Counted from the first letter of the stretch, positions 1-13,370 are shown. The stretch is 64,000 nucleotides of DNA from Octopus sinensis (GCF_006345805.1 NC_043017.1:30132001-30196000), one strand, 5' to 3'. Notes: generated from the sequence alone by a model not told the origin. Numbers and translations are program-made.

Positions 1-385
1 TATATATATATACATACACACATACATATATATACACACACAAACACACACACATATATACATATATATACACACACACATACATATATATATACACACA
101 CATACATATATATATACACACACATACATATACACACAGATATATATATGTATATATATATACACACACATACATATACACACAGATATATATATGTATA
201 TATATATATACACACACACATACATATATATATACACACATACATATACACACATATATATATGTATATATATACACACACATATATATATACACACATA
301 TACATATATATATACACACACATACATATATATATACACACACACATATTTATATACACACATATACATATATATATACACACAC

Positions 386-416
<31 letters not shown>

Positions 417-609
417 TATACATATATATATACACACACATATATATATATACACACATATACATATACACACATATACATATATATATATATATACACA
501 TATACATATATACACACATATACATATATATATACACACACATATACATATATATATATACACACACATATACATATATATATATACACACACACACACA
601 CATATATAT

Positions 610-640
<31 letters not shown>

Positions 641-716
641 CACACACACACATATACACACACATATATACACACATATATACACACATACACACACACA
701 CATATATATATATAGA
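1..716. repeat. Compound (TA)n/(CA)n microsatellite array
   Basis: Only TA/CA/TACA units; the overlapping YI/HT ORFs are artefacts. Confidence 0.97.
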
Positions 717-1389
717 GAGTATATGTGTGTAATTTTATTAACGGGCAAATAAAACTGCCTCGATTAATCCGACCCATTGCTTTAAAAATCTCATTCTTTA
801 CATCTATGTAACCATTATTACGCTATATTTCATTACTCTCTCTTCACAGCTGCTAAACGCAGCAAAATGAGAAATCAATACAATTCTTAAAATTAGGTTA
901 AACACATAGAATTCGTTACTGAACAGCTTTGAGAATATTGCAGTTATAATCTAACGAGAGATATTTTTATATATTTATTAAATGCTATACATCGTGACTT
1001 AGAATTAATTTTCAGGATGATTTTATGTGGAAAATGTTTATAGTACTTAAAAATAAAGGGCAACGGTTACCAGAAATTGCACATTGACGGACAATACAGT
1101 ATTTTGGTATTTAATTACGTCCCCCTAATGATTTTGTTCAAATTTGAGGAGAGCAAAAACAATTTTTTTTTTTACGTTATAGCGCGGATTCAAAATATAC
1201 ATACCCATTAAGAAAGAGTTGAAGAAATTGGCTATAAATACCGGACCGAATTCCGCATTGCAGTGTATTGTCGTTACTTGTGATAGAGAGTTTATCCCAA
1301 TTTATAGGGACAAAGATTTGCTGTATGAAAACTACAAAGAAGATAACAACACGCTCATATACACATGTACAATTGCGCACAACTGTCTG

Positions 1390-1423
<34 letters not shown>

Positions 1424-1503
1424 ATATGTATATATGTATATATGTTTGTATGTATTTGTATACATCTATACATATATATATTCCTATATATACATACATA
1501 TAT

Positions 1504-1548
<45 letters not shown>

Positions 1549-1603
1549 ATATGTTTGTATGTATTTGTATACATCTATACATATATATATTATATATATA
1601 TAT

Positions 1604-1646
<43 letters not shown>

Positions 1647-1738
1647 TATATATACACACACACACACCACACACATATATATACACACACACACACATAT
1701 ATATATACACACACACACACACATATACACACACATAT

Positions 1739-1815
<77 letters not shown>

Positions 1816-1825
1816 TACATACATA
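1390..1825. repeat. Compound (TA)n/(CA)n microsatellite with an internal ~60-bp duplication
   Basis: The unit ATATGTTTGTATGTATTTGTATACATCTATACATAT occurs twice (~1440 and ~1550). Confidence 0.9.
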
Positions 1826-1904
1826 TTACACACAATATAGAGCTGTCTATATATGGACCAAAAGCCCCTGTAGACATACAGCCTATACAAAGCACCCGAA
1901 ATCT

Positions 1905-3370
1905 CTAGAAACTAAATTTTCGTAAAGCAAATTGGAAGTTGATTGAGATAGATTCCAAAAATGCATTGGCCTAAATGTCTCTCCACACCAGGCATTGACA
2001 TGACACACAAACATTTCATTTTCTTAATACAAGGCGTATGTGACAAATCTGTCCTAGTGTGCTGGGTCACCATACACAAAATCAGTATCCATCGGGAATG
2101 GAAGGTTCTTATAAGATTGCGAACCACCTGAGCAAGCACCCTAAAAGTGGTGAGAAGTCTCGCCTGGCGAGATTACTACTGGAAATTGAGAAATGTTTGC
2201 ATCAGTCAAATAAAAAAAATGGAGAGCAAGTACAGAAACTTGTGTTATAGAAAATATCAAGTCAAACTCTAAAGCTTTCTTTAAGTTTACCAAAGAAAGA
2301 GCCTCAGTACGCCACGCGATAGGACCCTGCTTCTACAAAGATGGCTCCCTTACAGAAAACCCCATGAAACTAAATGAAATGCTGAATGAACAGTTCCAAA
2401 ATGTGTTCATTACACCTCTGGGACAGAGGTAAGTGAACAAACCAGCAGAATTCTTTGCCATTTTCCCTCAAAGCAAATAGGCGAAAATTTAGTACTTTAA
2501 CATTGAAAATGTAACACTGGCTATATGTGAGGGTGACACAAACTGAGCTGCTGGCCCTGATAGATTTCCACCAATCGTTCTCAAATCGTGTCAGTGAGCC
2601 CTTCCAGAACCACTGCAGCTTTTCAGTGCTTTCTTGAAAGCATTCTTGCTCCCAGACAAACTGAAGGAAGGGATAATATGCCATACTATAAGGGAGGAAG
2701 CATAACATGTATCAAAAATTTTAGGTCTATGTCTCTGACCTCACACATCAGCAGAGTACTGGAACGAACAGTCCTGGAACGAATACTCCGCAAGAAATTA
2801 ATCGCGTTCCTTGAAGAAAATTACTCATTGACTGACATCCAACATATATATTTCGAGCAGATAGCTGTCTAACACAGTGCTTGCAACACTAAGACTAGGT
2901 GTCAAAACAGCTGCTAAATGACTCGCGTGTGGAGGTGATATATCTCGATTTTTCAAAAGCCTTTGATAAAGAACCATAGTATATCTTTCAAACTGTGTGA
3001 TCTCGGCATAGGTGGAATATTTAGGGAGTGGCTGCACGACTTTCTAAACTGTAGACGTTAGACAGTGGTAGCTGACGGAGCCACCTCCAAGGAAACACAA
3101 ATAGCGAATGGTGTTCCACAAAGCACTGTCTTAGGGCCACTGCTATTCATAGTGACATTCTCAGACATGCCTTCAGCTGCTCAGATAGACACTCATGCTA
3201 GCCGTGCAGATGACGCAAAGTCTCTCAGATAATACAAAATTCTGGAAATATTGCACATCTGCCACGGGAGTTGGACGCAATTTACAGGTGGGCTGAGGAG
3301 AACAACATGCAGTGTAATGCAAGAAAATTTGTTTTATCTTAACTTTGATAAATAAAAGAAGTATAAAAAA
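1905..3370 (+). mobile_element. Decayed CR1/L2-group LINE ORF2 (reverse transcriptase) remnant
   Basis: Frameshifted translations give [22 protein letters not shown]...LNEQFQNVF, AAGPDRFPPIVLK, YLDFSKAFDK, GVPQSTVLGPLLF and ADDAK, in the expected order for a CR1-type RT. Confidence 0.88.
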
Positions 3371-3795
3371 TCGCATTATTTACAGTATTCCCTAGTCTAT
3401 TGCATGTGTTACGTTCCAAAATCCAGCCAATCGGTGAAAATCCGCGAAGTAGAAAGTGTACTGTACTGGATATTTTTATTATTATAATTTTCATAATTTG
3501 TATATATTTTATTATAAATGCAAAACTATACCACAGAGGAATCGAAGTAATTTTAAATAATAAACCAAGATAAGTGTACCGCGATATAGCGACGGATTAA
3601 TGCACTGTATATATGCGTGTATATATATATATTATATATATATATACGTACCTGAAGCAGTAGCAAAATGCACTAACTATGGATAATGCACATGTTTATA
3701 TCGTTAGATGAAAATGCTTTTGTATACGAACCTAAATAGGAGCCTGCTTTCCGCTTGCAACTTAAATTTTTCTATGTGTGTGTGTGTGTGCACGC

Positions 3796-3852
<57 letters not shown>

Positions 3853-4109
3853 GGACACTGAAATACGCGCCAACAGTGGCTAATAATATCATTTCTTATT
3901 TCAGCCTAGAGGAGGCGTATCGGTGTCTTACGTCGACACCACTTTCTGTGACAAATTTATTTTAATATTATGTTTTTACTTTTACTTATTTCAGACTAGC
4001 AAAAATATCCTACACTAAAAAGAGAATGTAATTTAAAAATGCCTTTTTGATCTCTAACGTGAAATATAGACTATAGAGGTTTCACCTCCCAGTTACTGAG
4101 ATACCATCT

Positions 4110-5400
4110 TTATACGTTAATAACCCAGCATTTCCCAAGCTATTGAAAATTATGAAGTTTAAGTATGATTTTTAAATCTCTAAGTAAAATTTCAACATGG
4201 ATTATGCATTTCGCAACAGCTATTAGCTGAGGTACCAACTGTATATGTCAATAACATGTTTTGTCCGATGTTCTCAATGTTAAAATTGTTAAAAAGAAAA
4301 ACAAAACAGGTAGTTCTTTTTCTTTGCAACCATCGTCAATTGTCGTTTCTTATTTGAAACACGTTGAACCAGAAATTGCATACATTTGAGAAGAACCCCC
4401 CACCAGGCACTACTCACCTGTTGATAAATATATTTAACAAAAATTCAATCAGATGATGTGTGTATAAACAAATGTATTGAAACAAGTCCGGAAACCAATC
4501 ACAGTTTACTTTTTCTAGAGTTTCTAAATATACAATATTTTGAGTGTGTCCTTTAATTGGTGTATATATGAGAAGATTGTGGGAACCTCTAAGTCGCGAA
4601 CAACCATGAGAGAAGCAAAGTGAAGTCCAGCAAATACGAGAGACTGTCCTTCAGACTTGTTTATTGACATAGCAAAACTTAGTTTCACTGGGAACTGGAA
4701 CCGTTCAAATTTAAACGGGAGAACGTATGGGATTAACGGGTTCCATGGAATGAAGACATCCTGTCCCTTATAATTCCCAGTCATAATTATTGTATCTAGG
4801 ACATGGGGTCGCATCGCTTTCACCAACAGTCTGGTGCCGTTGCACAGACAAGGTGGATCCTAATTCTTGAGCAGCATGATTGGTGGAGAACTGGCAGAGA
4901 CGTTAGCACACCGGGAGAAATATTTAGCGCTATTTCGTCTGCTGCTACGTTCTGAGTTCAAATTCCGCCGAGGTCGACTTTGCCTTTCATCCATTCGGGG
5001 TCGATTAAATAAGTAACAGTTACGCACTGGGGTCGATATAATCGACTTAATCCCCTTGTCTGTCCTTGTCTATGTTTAGCACCTTGTGGGCAATAATGAA
5101 ATATGATTGGGGTCCCCTTTTTAAGTGTGAAGTGATGAAGTGGCATCTCAGGTGGTAGAGAGTTCAGGAACTCAGTTGGAAAAAACTAAAGCCTGTTGCT
5201 GATCAATGACCGTGTCGAAGTATTTGAAAGACTGTTCTTGTGTTGGGAACAGTAGCGAGAGATCTCAGTTGATTTTGTCGACAGCATTATTATGTGGAAC
5301 TAAGATGGCTTGCTCACAGAACCATTGACTGTTGCTAAAGTTTTGTAAAATGTTTGGGAGGACATGTATTATGAGATCATTGACAGTTAACTGTTGATAA
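4110..5400 (-). mobile_element. Helitron fragment: PIF1-helicase C-terminal half plus degenerate 3' end, split by a SINE
   Basis: The minus strand reads QWFCEQAILVPHNNAVDKIN...PTEFLNSLPPEMPLHHFTLKKGTPI [SINE] PIMLLKN*DPPCLCNGTRLLVK...FKFERFQFPVKLSFAMSINKSEGQSL. These are Helitron RepHel helicase motifs. A weak terminal-hairpin-like sequence lies near 4115-4140. Confidence 0.9.
4884..5102 (+). mobile_element. tRNA-derived SINE family B, full length, 8-bp TSD
   Basis: Head GGTGGAGAACTGGCAGA...GAGTTCAAATTCC (B box), body GTCGACTTTGCCTTTCATCC. TSD ATGATTGG at 4876-4883 and 5103-5110. Confidence 0.9.
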
Positions 5401-5452
5401 AGGGTACACACAAATATATGTCTTATATATACATAAAATAGACCTATTACAA

Positions 5453-5534
5453 TATGAAAGGCAAAGTCGACCTCAGCGGAATTTGAACTGAGAACGTAGC
5501 GACAGAGGAAATAACGCTAATTCTGTCAGCTCGA
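5453..5534 (-). mobile_element. SINE family B, 5' fragment
   Basis: Reverse complement of ...GTTCTCAGTTCAAATTCCGCTGAGGTCGACTTTGCCTTTCAT. Confidence 0.8.
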
Positions 5535-5913
5535 TAAATAATAATGGTGATAACAGTTGTAGTGGTGTTGATATTCGTAGTATTAGTATTAGCAACAGGA
5601 CTTTTAGTTGTGTATTGATACTAGTAAAGTAGGAGTGGTAGTGGATAGCAGTGATAGTAGTTATATATGACGCAGACCTGTTGACAATGGAAAATTTTTA
5701 CAGAAATGGACCTGTACGTACAAATACACAAATAGAAGCTAGAGAAGAATATAAAAAATGGAAGTACCTTTAGAAATTCTCTTTTTATCACAACTCTTAA
5801 TCATGTATACATACGTGTGTGTTTAAATAGCTGGTTACTTAGTTACTACGTCTGGACGACAGACACACGAAGTTAACATTGACAAAACGGTTTGAAGAAG
5901 TGAATCTTCATTT

Positions 5914-5962
<49 letters not shown>

Positions 5963-6248
5963 CGATATTATTTATTTTTTATAAAAAAAAATAGATCAAG
6001 CCTGTATTATTATTTCCAAGTTCAAATTATTCATTCACACCCAAAGTATGGTATAGACTGATCAAAAGGTTTGACTGTGCATACAGTACACACGCACACA
6101 ACGTATTTTATATAGGGAGATATTTTGTTATTTCCTTTCATTTTTGTAGGGTTTTTTTAAATTTTCACTTTTAAATAATTTCATTCTGCTTTCACATTGT
6201 TACAGACAACAGTTTTATTTTATCCCTAGTTCACCTGAAGCAGGTCGA

Positions 6249-6482
6249 GGCACATTGGCCCAGTGGTTAGGGCAGCGGACTCGCGGTCGGAGGACGCGGT
6301 TTCGATTCGCAGACCGGGCTTTGTGTGTGTTTATTGAGCGAAAAGACCTAAAGCTCCACGAGGTTCCGGCAGGGTGGGGGGCGACCCCTGTTGTACTCTT
6401 TTTCCCCAAATTTGTCTCACTATTTCTTCCTTTTTCTTGAGTAACGCTGCGATGGACTGGCGTCCCGTCCAGCTGGAGGGAA
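6249..6482 (+). mobile_element. tRNA-derived SINE family C (truncated or variant 3' end)
   Basis: A box TGGCCCAGTGGTTA and B box GGTTTCGATTC; about 170 bp match the minus-strand copy at 37985-38367. Confidence 0.82.
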
Positions 6483-6485
6483 GTC

Positions 6486-7965
6486 TTGTTAATGCAAATG
6501 GTTTGAATGCAAACACCAAATAACACTTGCAATACCCAGACATTACATATAGCCGTCGACCTGTTGCACACACACCAAGGAAATACTTCTGCCTGTATTT
6601 ATTAGGCGGCTACAGACTGATGATGAAGCTCTGAATTTACGTACGTCTCATGAAGATAACATGTTTATGTCATCTGATACAGACTGTGATAATTTGTCTC
6701 TTTTTAGTCAGCTTGAATTCAATTCTCTGACCCCGGATTTATATTAGGTAACAAGCGCTGTTGAATTGTTAGCTTCCAGGTTGCAAGAAACCCGGGATTT
6801 ATGTATCCATTTGTCGCAAAAGAGAAGCAAAACTGGAAGGATTTCTATTAAAAAGTCACCTTCTTTATTGTAATGATGTTGAAGTGCTTCTACTCAATAT
6901 GGGAATGAAGGCATGTGATTCATGTGAGAGGAGGCATTGATTGACAGCTCTAAAAGCATCTTGAAATGTGTTTTACTTCACAACAGGAATTTGTATGGCT
7001 CAATCACCACAGGACACTATAAAAATTAAAGAGGAGTATACCAACATCAAGACTGTTCTGGAATGGTTGCAATATCATGTTGATGGATGGATAAATTGTG
7101 TCGATTTGAAAATGATAAACCTTCTACCGGTCCAGTAAGAATGTTATATCAAGTATCATTGTTTCCTGTTGAACTGCAACAGGAGAGCTACAAAGGATCG
7201 CTGGCTTAAAAAGACAATGGTTTGACGCCGGGTGAAAGGGATATCGTTAATGATTCTCTTGTTGATAGGAAAAGATCGTCTCCCTCCCACAACACGTAAA
7301 TCTTGGTGTGGGGAAGTTTTTTCATGAAACCTCTTCATCAGTGTGGTGAATGCTTCAGTTATACATGTACAATCTTTCGAAGTCACGCTGATGAGAAGAA
7401 GAAGAAGGAGAAAAAGAAGTTGAAGGAGAAAAAGATGAATAAGAAGGAGAAAAGAAGTTGAAGAAGAACGAGGAGAAAAAGAAGATGAAGAAGAAGGAAT
7501 AAAGGAAGATGAAGAAGGAGAAAAAGAAGGAGAAGGCAACTATATGGAGAAGAAGAAGGAGAAAGAGAAGAACAACAAGAAGAACAAGAAGGAGGAGAAG
7601 AAGAAAGCAAGTATAATTGATTGATCGCCAATAAGAACACTCCTCAAGGATCCACATTTTGCTACAAGAATGCGTGCTAGGGTGCCAGAGTTAGCACCGT
7701 CTTTTCTGAAGAGGTGCGAATTTCCTTAGGAACAGGAAAGCTGCCAACTATCAGGAGATCGTGTAATCTCTACTCTTTGAGTTTGCAAGCACTTGGATGT
7801 AGAATGAATATTAAATTGCATACTTACAGAGTCTCTTGGATGAATTTCCAGATAACCTGCGTGATGCTAGGAAAGAACAAGGCGAACCCTTTCATCATGG
7901 CGTAAAAGTAATGGAAGAACACTACCAAGTGCGAGGGGACTCAAGCATGATGGTATATTACTTTT
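6486..7965 (+). mobile_element. Decayed Chapaev3-like (CMC) DNA transposase remnant, interrupted by a GAA microsatellite
   Basis: Colinear motifs QYPDITYSRRPVAH, LFSQLEFN, ELLASRLQE, IDSSKSILKCVLLHN, CVDLKMINLL, NRKAANYQEIV, LGCRMNIKLH and EQGEPFH...VMEEHYQ match my recollection of Chapaev3 transposases. Confidence 0.75.
7395..7605. repeat. Degenerate (GAA)n/(GGA)n microsatellite
   Basis: Purine-rich trinucleotide run inside the transposase remnant. Confidence 0.95.
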
Positions 7966-7968
7966 GAA

Positions 7969-8059
7969 GGCAGCGAGCTTGCAGAAACGTTAGCACGCTG
8001 GGCGAAATGCGTGGCCGTATTTCGTCTGCCGTTACGTTCTGAGTTCAAATTCCGCCGAG
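7969..8059 (+). mobile_element. SINE family B, 5' half only
   Basis: GGCAGCGAGCTTGCAGAAACG...GAGTTCAAATTCCGCCGAG, then an abrupt switch to Helitron sequence. Confidence 0.88.
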
Positions 8060-8438
8060 TTTAATTTTCCTAGAGATTCTAAATATATAATATTTTGAGT
8101 GGGTCCTTTAATTGGTGTATACATGAAAAGATTGTGGGAAATACCAGCTCGCGAACAACCATGAGAGAAGCAAAGTGAAGTCCAACAAACACGAGAGATT
8201 GTTCTCGGGACTTGTTTATTGACATAGCTCAACTTAGTTTCACTTGGAACCGGAACCGTTTAAATTCAAATGGAAGGATATATAGGGTTCATAGGTTCCC
8301 TGGAATGAAGACATCCTCACCCTTATAATTCTCAGTCATAATTGTTGCCTCTAGGTCATGGGGTCGAATCGCGTTCACCAACAGTCTGGTGCCGTTGCAC
8401 GGACGATGTGGATCCTAATTCTTGAGCAGAATGATTGG
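8058..8438 (-). mobile_element. Second, diverged copy of the Helitron helicase C-terminal fragment (paralog of 4503-4883)
   Basis: Colinear with 4503-4883, including the same deletion (CFSHG^CSR) and the same SINE junction ATGATTGG. Confidence 0.9.
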
Positions 8439-8848
8439 TGGTGAGCTGGCAGAAACCTTCGCACGCCGGGCGAAATACATAGCCGTATTTCGTCTGTCGT
8501 TACGTTCTGAGTACAAATTCCGCCGAGGTCGACTTTGCCTTTCATCCTTTCAAGGTCGATTCAATAAGTACCAGTTACGCACTGTAGTCGATGTAATCGA
8601 CTTAATCCGTTTGTCTGTCCGTGTTTGTCCTCTCCGTGTTTAGCCCCTTGTGGGTAGTAAATAAATAGGAATTTTGCCTGCCGCTACGTTCTGAGTTCAA
8701 ATTCCGCCGACGTCGACTTTGCCTTTCATCCTTTCGGGGGTCGATAAATTAAGTACCAGTTACGCACTGGGGTCGATGTAATCGTCTTAATCCGTTTGTC
8801 TGTCCTTGTTTGTCCCCTCTGTGTTTAGCCCCTTGTGGGCAATGAAGA
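8439..8848 (+). mobile_element. SINE family B, full copy plus tandem 5'-truncated copy
   Basis: Full copy 8439-~8668, followed by a second body from ~8672 (GCCGCTACGTTCTGAGTTCAAATTCC...). Confidence 0.9.
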
Positions 8849-9179
8849 AAGCTTGACGAGAGACATTCCACAAGCTGCGCTCAAGACATCGTAAAAAAAA
8901 AGCGGACGTTCTTGCTGTAATAACATGTTTGGAATGAATGACCACAAATGATTGGGATTTTGTATTCATAGTTTGTTATCACCGAGCTTAATTATAGTCG
9001 AAATATTGGAAGATCGAATTCTAACTTCTGCGAAATTTTAAATATTTTAGTGTAAAGTGATTTAGGAGAACAATCTTAAAAGATATATATTTACTGCTCT
9101 GAAAGGAGTTTTATTAGAAAGTATTTTCTTTTATTATGTTACATTAGCATTTCAAAAGCAAACGAGATATGTCTAGCAT

Positions 9180-9211
<32 letters not shown>

Positions 9212-10648
9212 GGTGGCGGCAGTAGCAGCAGTAGTGAGCGTATTGCATTTAGACAGTATCAAACGCATAATCGAAGGCTTAAATAGTTCATTTACTGAAT
9301 AATTCATTATTCAAATTCTGTCATGAATAGATTAACTCCTTCTTTCTTTCATTCATTTGAAACGGAAACAAACCAAACGATTAAATGACCACATTTTATA
9401 TATTGATATAATGCAAAAAAAGAAAACTAAAAGCAAATTCAAAGATAAGCAAGTGGTCGAGCCTGTGTTCGATATTTTTGCATTTGTATAAACAGAAAAT
9501 GAAGGAGTTACAAGGAATATATTCAATAACGAAAACATTTAATGAACAAACGTATTCGATATATAAACTATTTATGATCACGTTTAGTCTTCGAGATTTT
9601 ATACCTACAACACATTTTCAGTGTTATTTTTTATTTCTATATGTAGTATGCAAAATGTTCTTTACACCCAGCTTCCTTTGTCATCTTAATGTAGCATAAT
9701 AAATTAAAATTAATGTTATATATATCTAAAATAAACTCCGTTGAAAACTGAAAATAAATACTTCTTAAGTTTTTCTTTTATCATTTCCCCCGAAAATAGT
9801 TATTCTGACGTCGCGTAATCAAAAGATTTATTGCATTATATTTCTCAAATAAATCCCGTTTTTAAAATGTAAATATTTTTAAGACCAATTTTTTTTTATT
9901 AAACTAGTTATTGTGTCATAGGAGAGTAAAAGTATGTAAATATGTTACAGTATGTTTCCCGCATAAAATTCTATTTAAAAAACTTCTAGTAACTGCTGGT
10001 TTCTTGGAGTTGGTTTTCATATTTCCTGTAAAATATTTCAAATTTTGGGTTCAATTTATTCGTATTTCGAAGATGTTAGTACATCAAGTTTAAGTTTTTT
10101 GAATTCGGTTTTCTCGCAAAGAGCTACCTCGCATTCAATCTTACAGACTAATCTTACATCGTTAAAATTTTGATAGTGATGCCAGCTCAGTGCTATGATT
10201 GAGAAAAATCGATGAGGAAATGCAAATAACAACTAAATCTACAGAAAATGAAACACTACTCATTTCTTAATCTATTTTCGTTCGTGTTATAAGGTACCTT
10301 GTTCCCTATACACAGGAAAAAGCAAAACCCAAAACAAGTGACGGACATTGCTGGAATGGTTTAAATCAGTGGTCTGACTGCATAGGACCAAGCTGGGGGA
10401 AAACAACACGTTACGTAAAATCGCTAACGATCCTTCCTAAGATGATAAATGATAGACAAATATCTCCGCCGTCATAAAAATTAGGGAGGGGCATATATAA
10501 TACCTACGATTATCTATAAAGTAAAATGGAAGGCCACGTCTGGGATGTCTTAAGTCTAAATCTGTTCAATACTTATCAATTGAAGAGTATATAACAGTAG
10601 CAATAGTCAGACGATAATTGCATTGAAAATGAGTTACTCAATTTATAA

Positions 10649-10831
10649 CTCTTTTACTCGTTTCAGTCATTTGACTGCGGCCATGCTGGAGCACCACCTT
10701 TTGTCGAGCAAATCGACCCCGGGACTTATTCTATCGATCTCTTTTTCCGAGCTGCTAAGTGACGGGGACGTAAACACACAAGCATCGGTTGTCAAGCAAT
10801 TCTACGGGGACAAACACAGACACACAAACAA

Positions 10832-10926
<95 letters not shown>

Positions 10927-11015
10927 AGACTTGCCCAAGACGCCACGCAGTGGGACTGAACCCGGAGCCATGTGGTTGGTTAGCAAGCTACTTACCACAC
11001 AGTCCCTCCTACGCC
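10649..11015 (-). mobile_element. tRNA-derived SINE family A (internally deleted)
   Basis: Reverse complement of head ...TGTGTGGTAAGTAGCTTGCT...GGGTTCAGTCCCACTGCG, central (TA)n/(TG)n and tail GCATGGCCGCAGTCAAATGACTGAAAC. Confidence 0.9.
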
Positions 11016-12099
11016 TATAGCCACTCCGGCGCCAAACTGCTAAGGTTTTAAACTTATCTCATCGCTACTACTTCACAGAATTGTACAACGTTACAGAAAT
11101 ATTCATTTACGAAATATAACGCTTATACCTCTTTGAATAGTAAATAATGAGCAATCATAAAATATCCATAATGACATTTTAAGCGAGCCCTGCTTGAAAA
11201 CGAAGCGAAATATCCTTTAAATCACGTTACAATTTTTTGAAAACGAAGTATACATCAGACGTTGTGCTGTTTGTTTCTCAGTGTCAGAAAATTACCTTTC
11301 AACGATGTATATACTTTATGAGGCATTGATGGATGTTTTAATTGCCTACTGGTTCCGTATATATTATTATAGCAGTGATCGTTGTCAATAATCATGGACA
11401 GTCTGAGCAGTACTTAGCATAATGTAGATCAATATAATTCATAAAATGATAACCTTTTAGCCGCCGATGTATATACGGAATGCAAAATAATAATTCACAA
11501 CATATAAGCTACTATACTGTGTAATGAAGAAGTATGTAGATGACTGGAGGTGTAAGATTAAACCTTTAGTTTAAAAATATTAAATCTGATTAGTGGAGTC
11601 TAAGTTGTTGCAAAAATTCAGAAGAAAAATTATCCCATTTAAAGAAAAATTCTCTATTTTCCCACCAGTTTTCAATACCCTGCGAAAGGAACACAGCAGT
11701 TGATTTTCTCTCCCTACAACGATATTGAAGCCAAAACCCACTAATGTAACATTTTAGCAGGATGAAAAAGGGGAGTAAAAATTTATAGGACATTAAACCT
11801 GTATTCATATTATATGGTAATTCACATTAACAGAACATTGTGCACGCAAACACTCCAACACACTAAATAATGGTCCTTCAGAATCCACTTAAACTTTTTG
11901 ACGCAGCAAAGGGTGATAACAGGATTGCCAGTCCGGCACTTGAATCTAATTAGCATCTAGAAAAAAAAAGGAACTACATCATTCAGCACATAAAAATAGG
12001 CATTTGCATACACTAGAGTACCCCTTCACATTCGTATGTAAAATTTACATTACGTATATATGGATCTTTCATGCACTGTCCTATCTGCTCTCACTATCT

Positions 12100-12113
12100 C
12101 TATCTCTATCTCT

Positions 12114-12145
<32 letters not shown>

Positions 12146-12247
12146 TATATATATATATATATTTATTCGTGTGCATGTATATGCATATCTATCTATCTAT
12201 CTATCTATCTAGCTATCTCTATATATATGTATGTATGTATGTATGTA

Positions 12248-12278
<31 letters not shown>

Positions 12279-12350
12279 CGTGTGTGTATGTATATGCATA
12301 TCTATCTATTTATCTCTCTCTCCTCTCTCTCTCTCTATATATATATATAT
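12100..12350. repeat. (CT)n/(TA)n/(TATC)n compound microsatellite
   Basis: Direct inspection. Confidence 0.9.
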
Positions 12351-12575
12351 ATCTTGAGGTAAACATATATAAATACATACTTAAAACATACACACACGCA
12401 CACATATCTATATATGTATATATAAACATCAACAACAGAATCACAAACTCCATTAGAAGCACCGCCATAAATCGTTACAACCAGTATCACTATCTCTATT
12501 CTGGAATATTACACCTCACTAAGAAATTGTCCTTTACAGAACCGTACAATGGAAACAAGTCAGGAAAACACACAG

Positions 12576-12608
<33 letters not shown>

Positions 12609-13297
12609 TTACATAGAGATACTTCCGACTCAAACATCAACATCACTACCGCCGCCACCATTAAATCTATCATAACATGAAAACACCATACCAACCAATA
12701 ATACCGCTCCATTTATTACCAGTTCACTATAACACACTCTACTTCAATGAATAACAAACACCTTTTATCGATTCTCACTCTTTGAAATGGACCACCATTT
12801 GTAAGTTTTTATGGTTGTTGGGAGTTTGGCAGCATCGCCCCAACCTCAGTCGTCCTTAACCACTGTAAATATCGGTTGTCAACTCAAGGTCGAAAATGTT
12901 TTCTTCTTCAACAGAAAAATTGCTGTTTATGTATCTAATGGTTATGCACACAAACAGACAAACACACGCAGACACACACGTACGAATACACACGTATATA
13001 TATATATATATGTATGTATGTAGATAGGTAGTTATGTAAAGACGTATGTATGTACTCATGCATATATGTATATATATACATATATGTATATATGTATGTG
13101 TGTATGTATAAGTATATGGCTATCAAAATTGTATTGGAAAGCTGCAAACCACTAGAGTGCGCCATAAAATAGGTTTAAAGCAAATAACATATACCACACT
13201 GATGTAATATATGTTCATTATTATATATATACGCCTTAAATTGTTCTTTTTGTTTTTCACAAATTCAATAGTTATCTTCACTACATAAATACGTATA

Positions 13298-13370
<73 letters not shown>

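Noticed and set aside
6249-6320. SINE heads (also at 38300-38367 and in families A/B) as functional tRNA genes
   Set aside because: A/B boxes are present, but acceptor stems are incomplete and each continues into a repeated SINE body.
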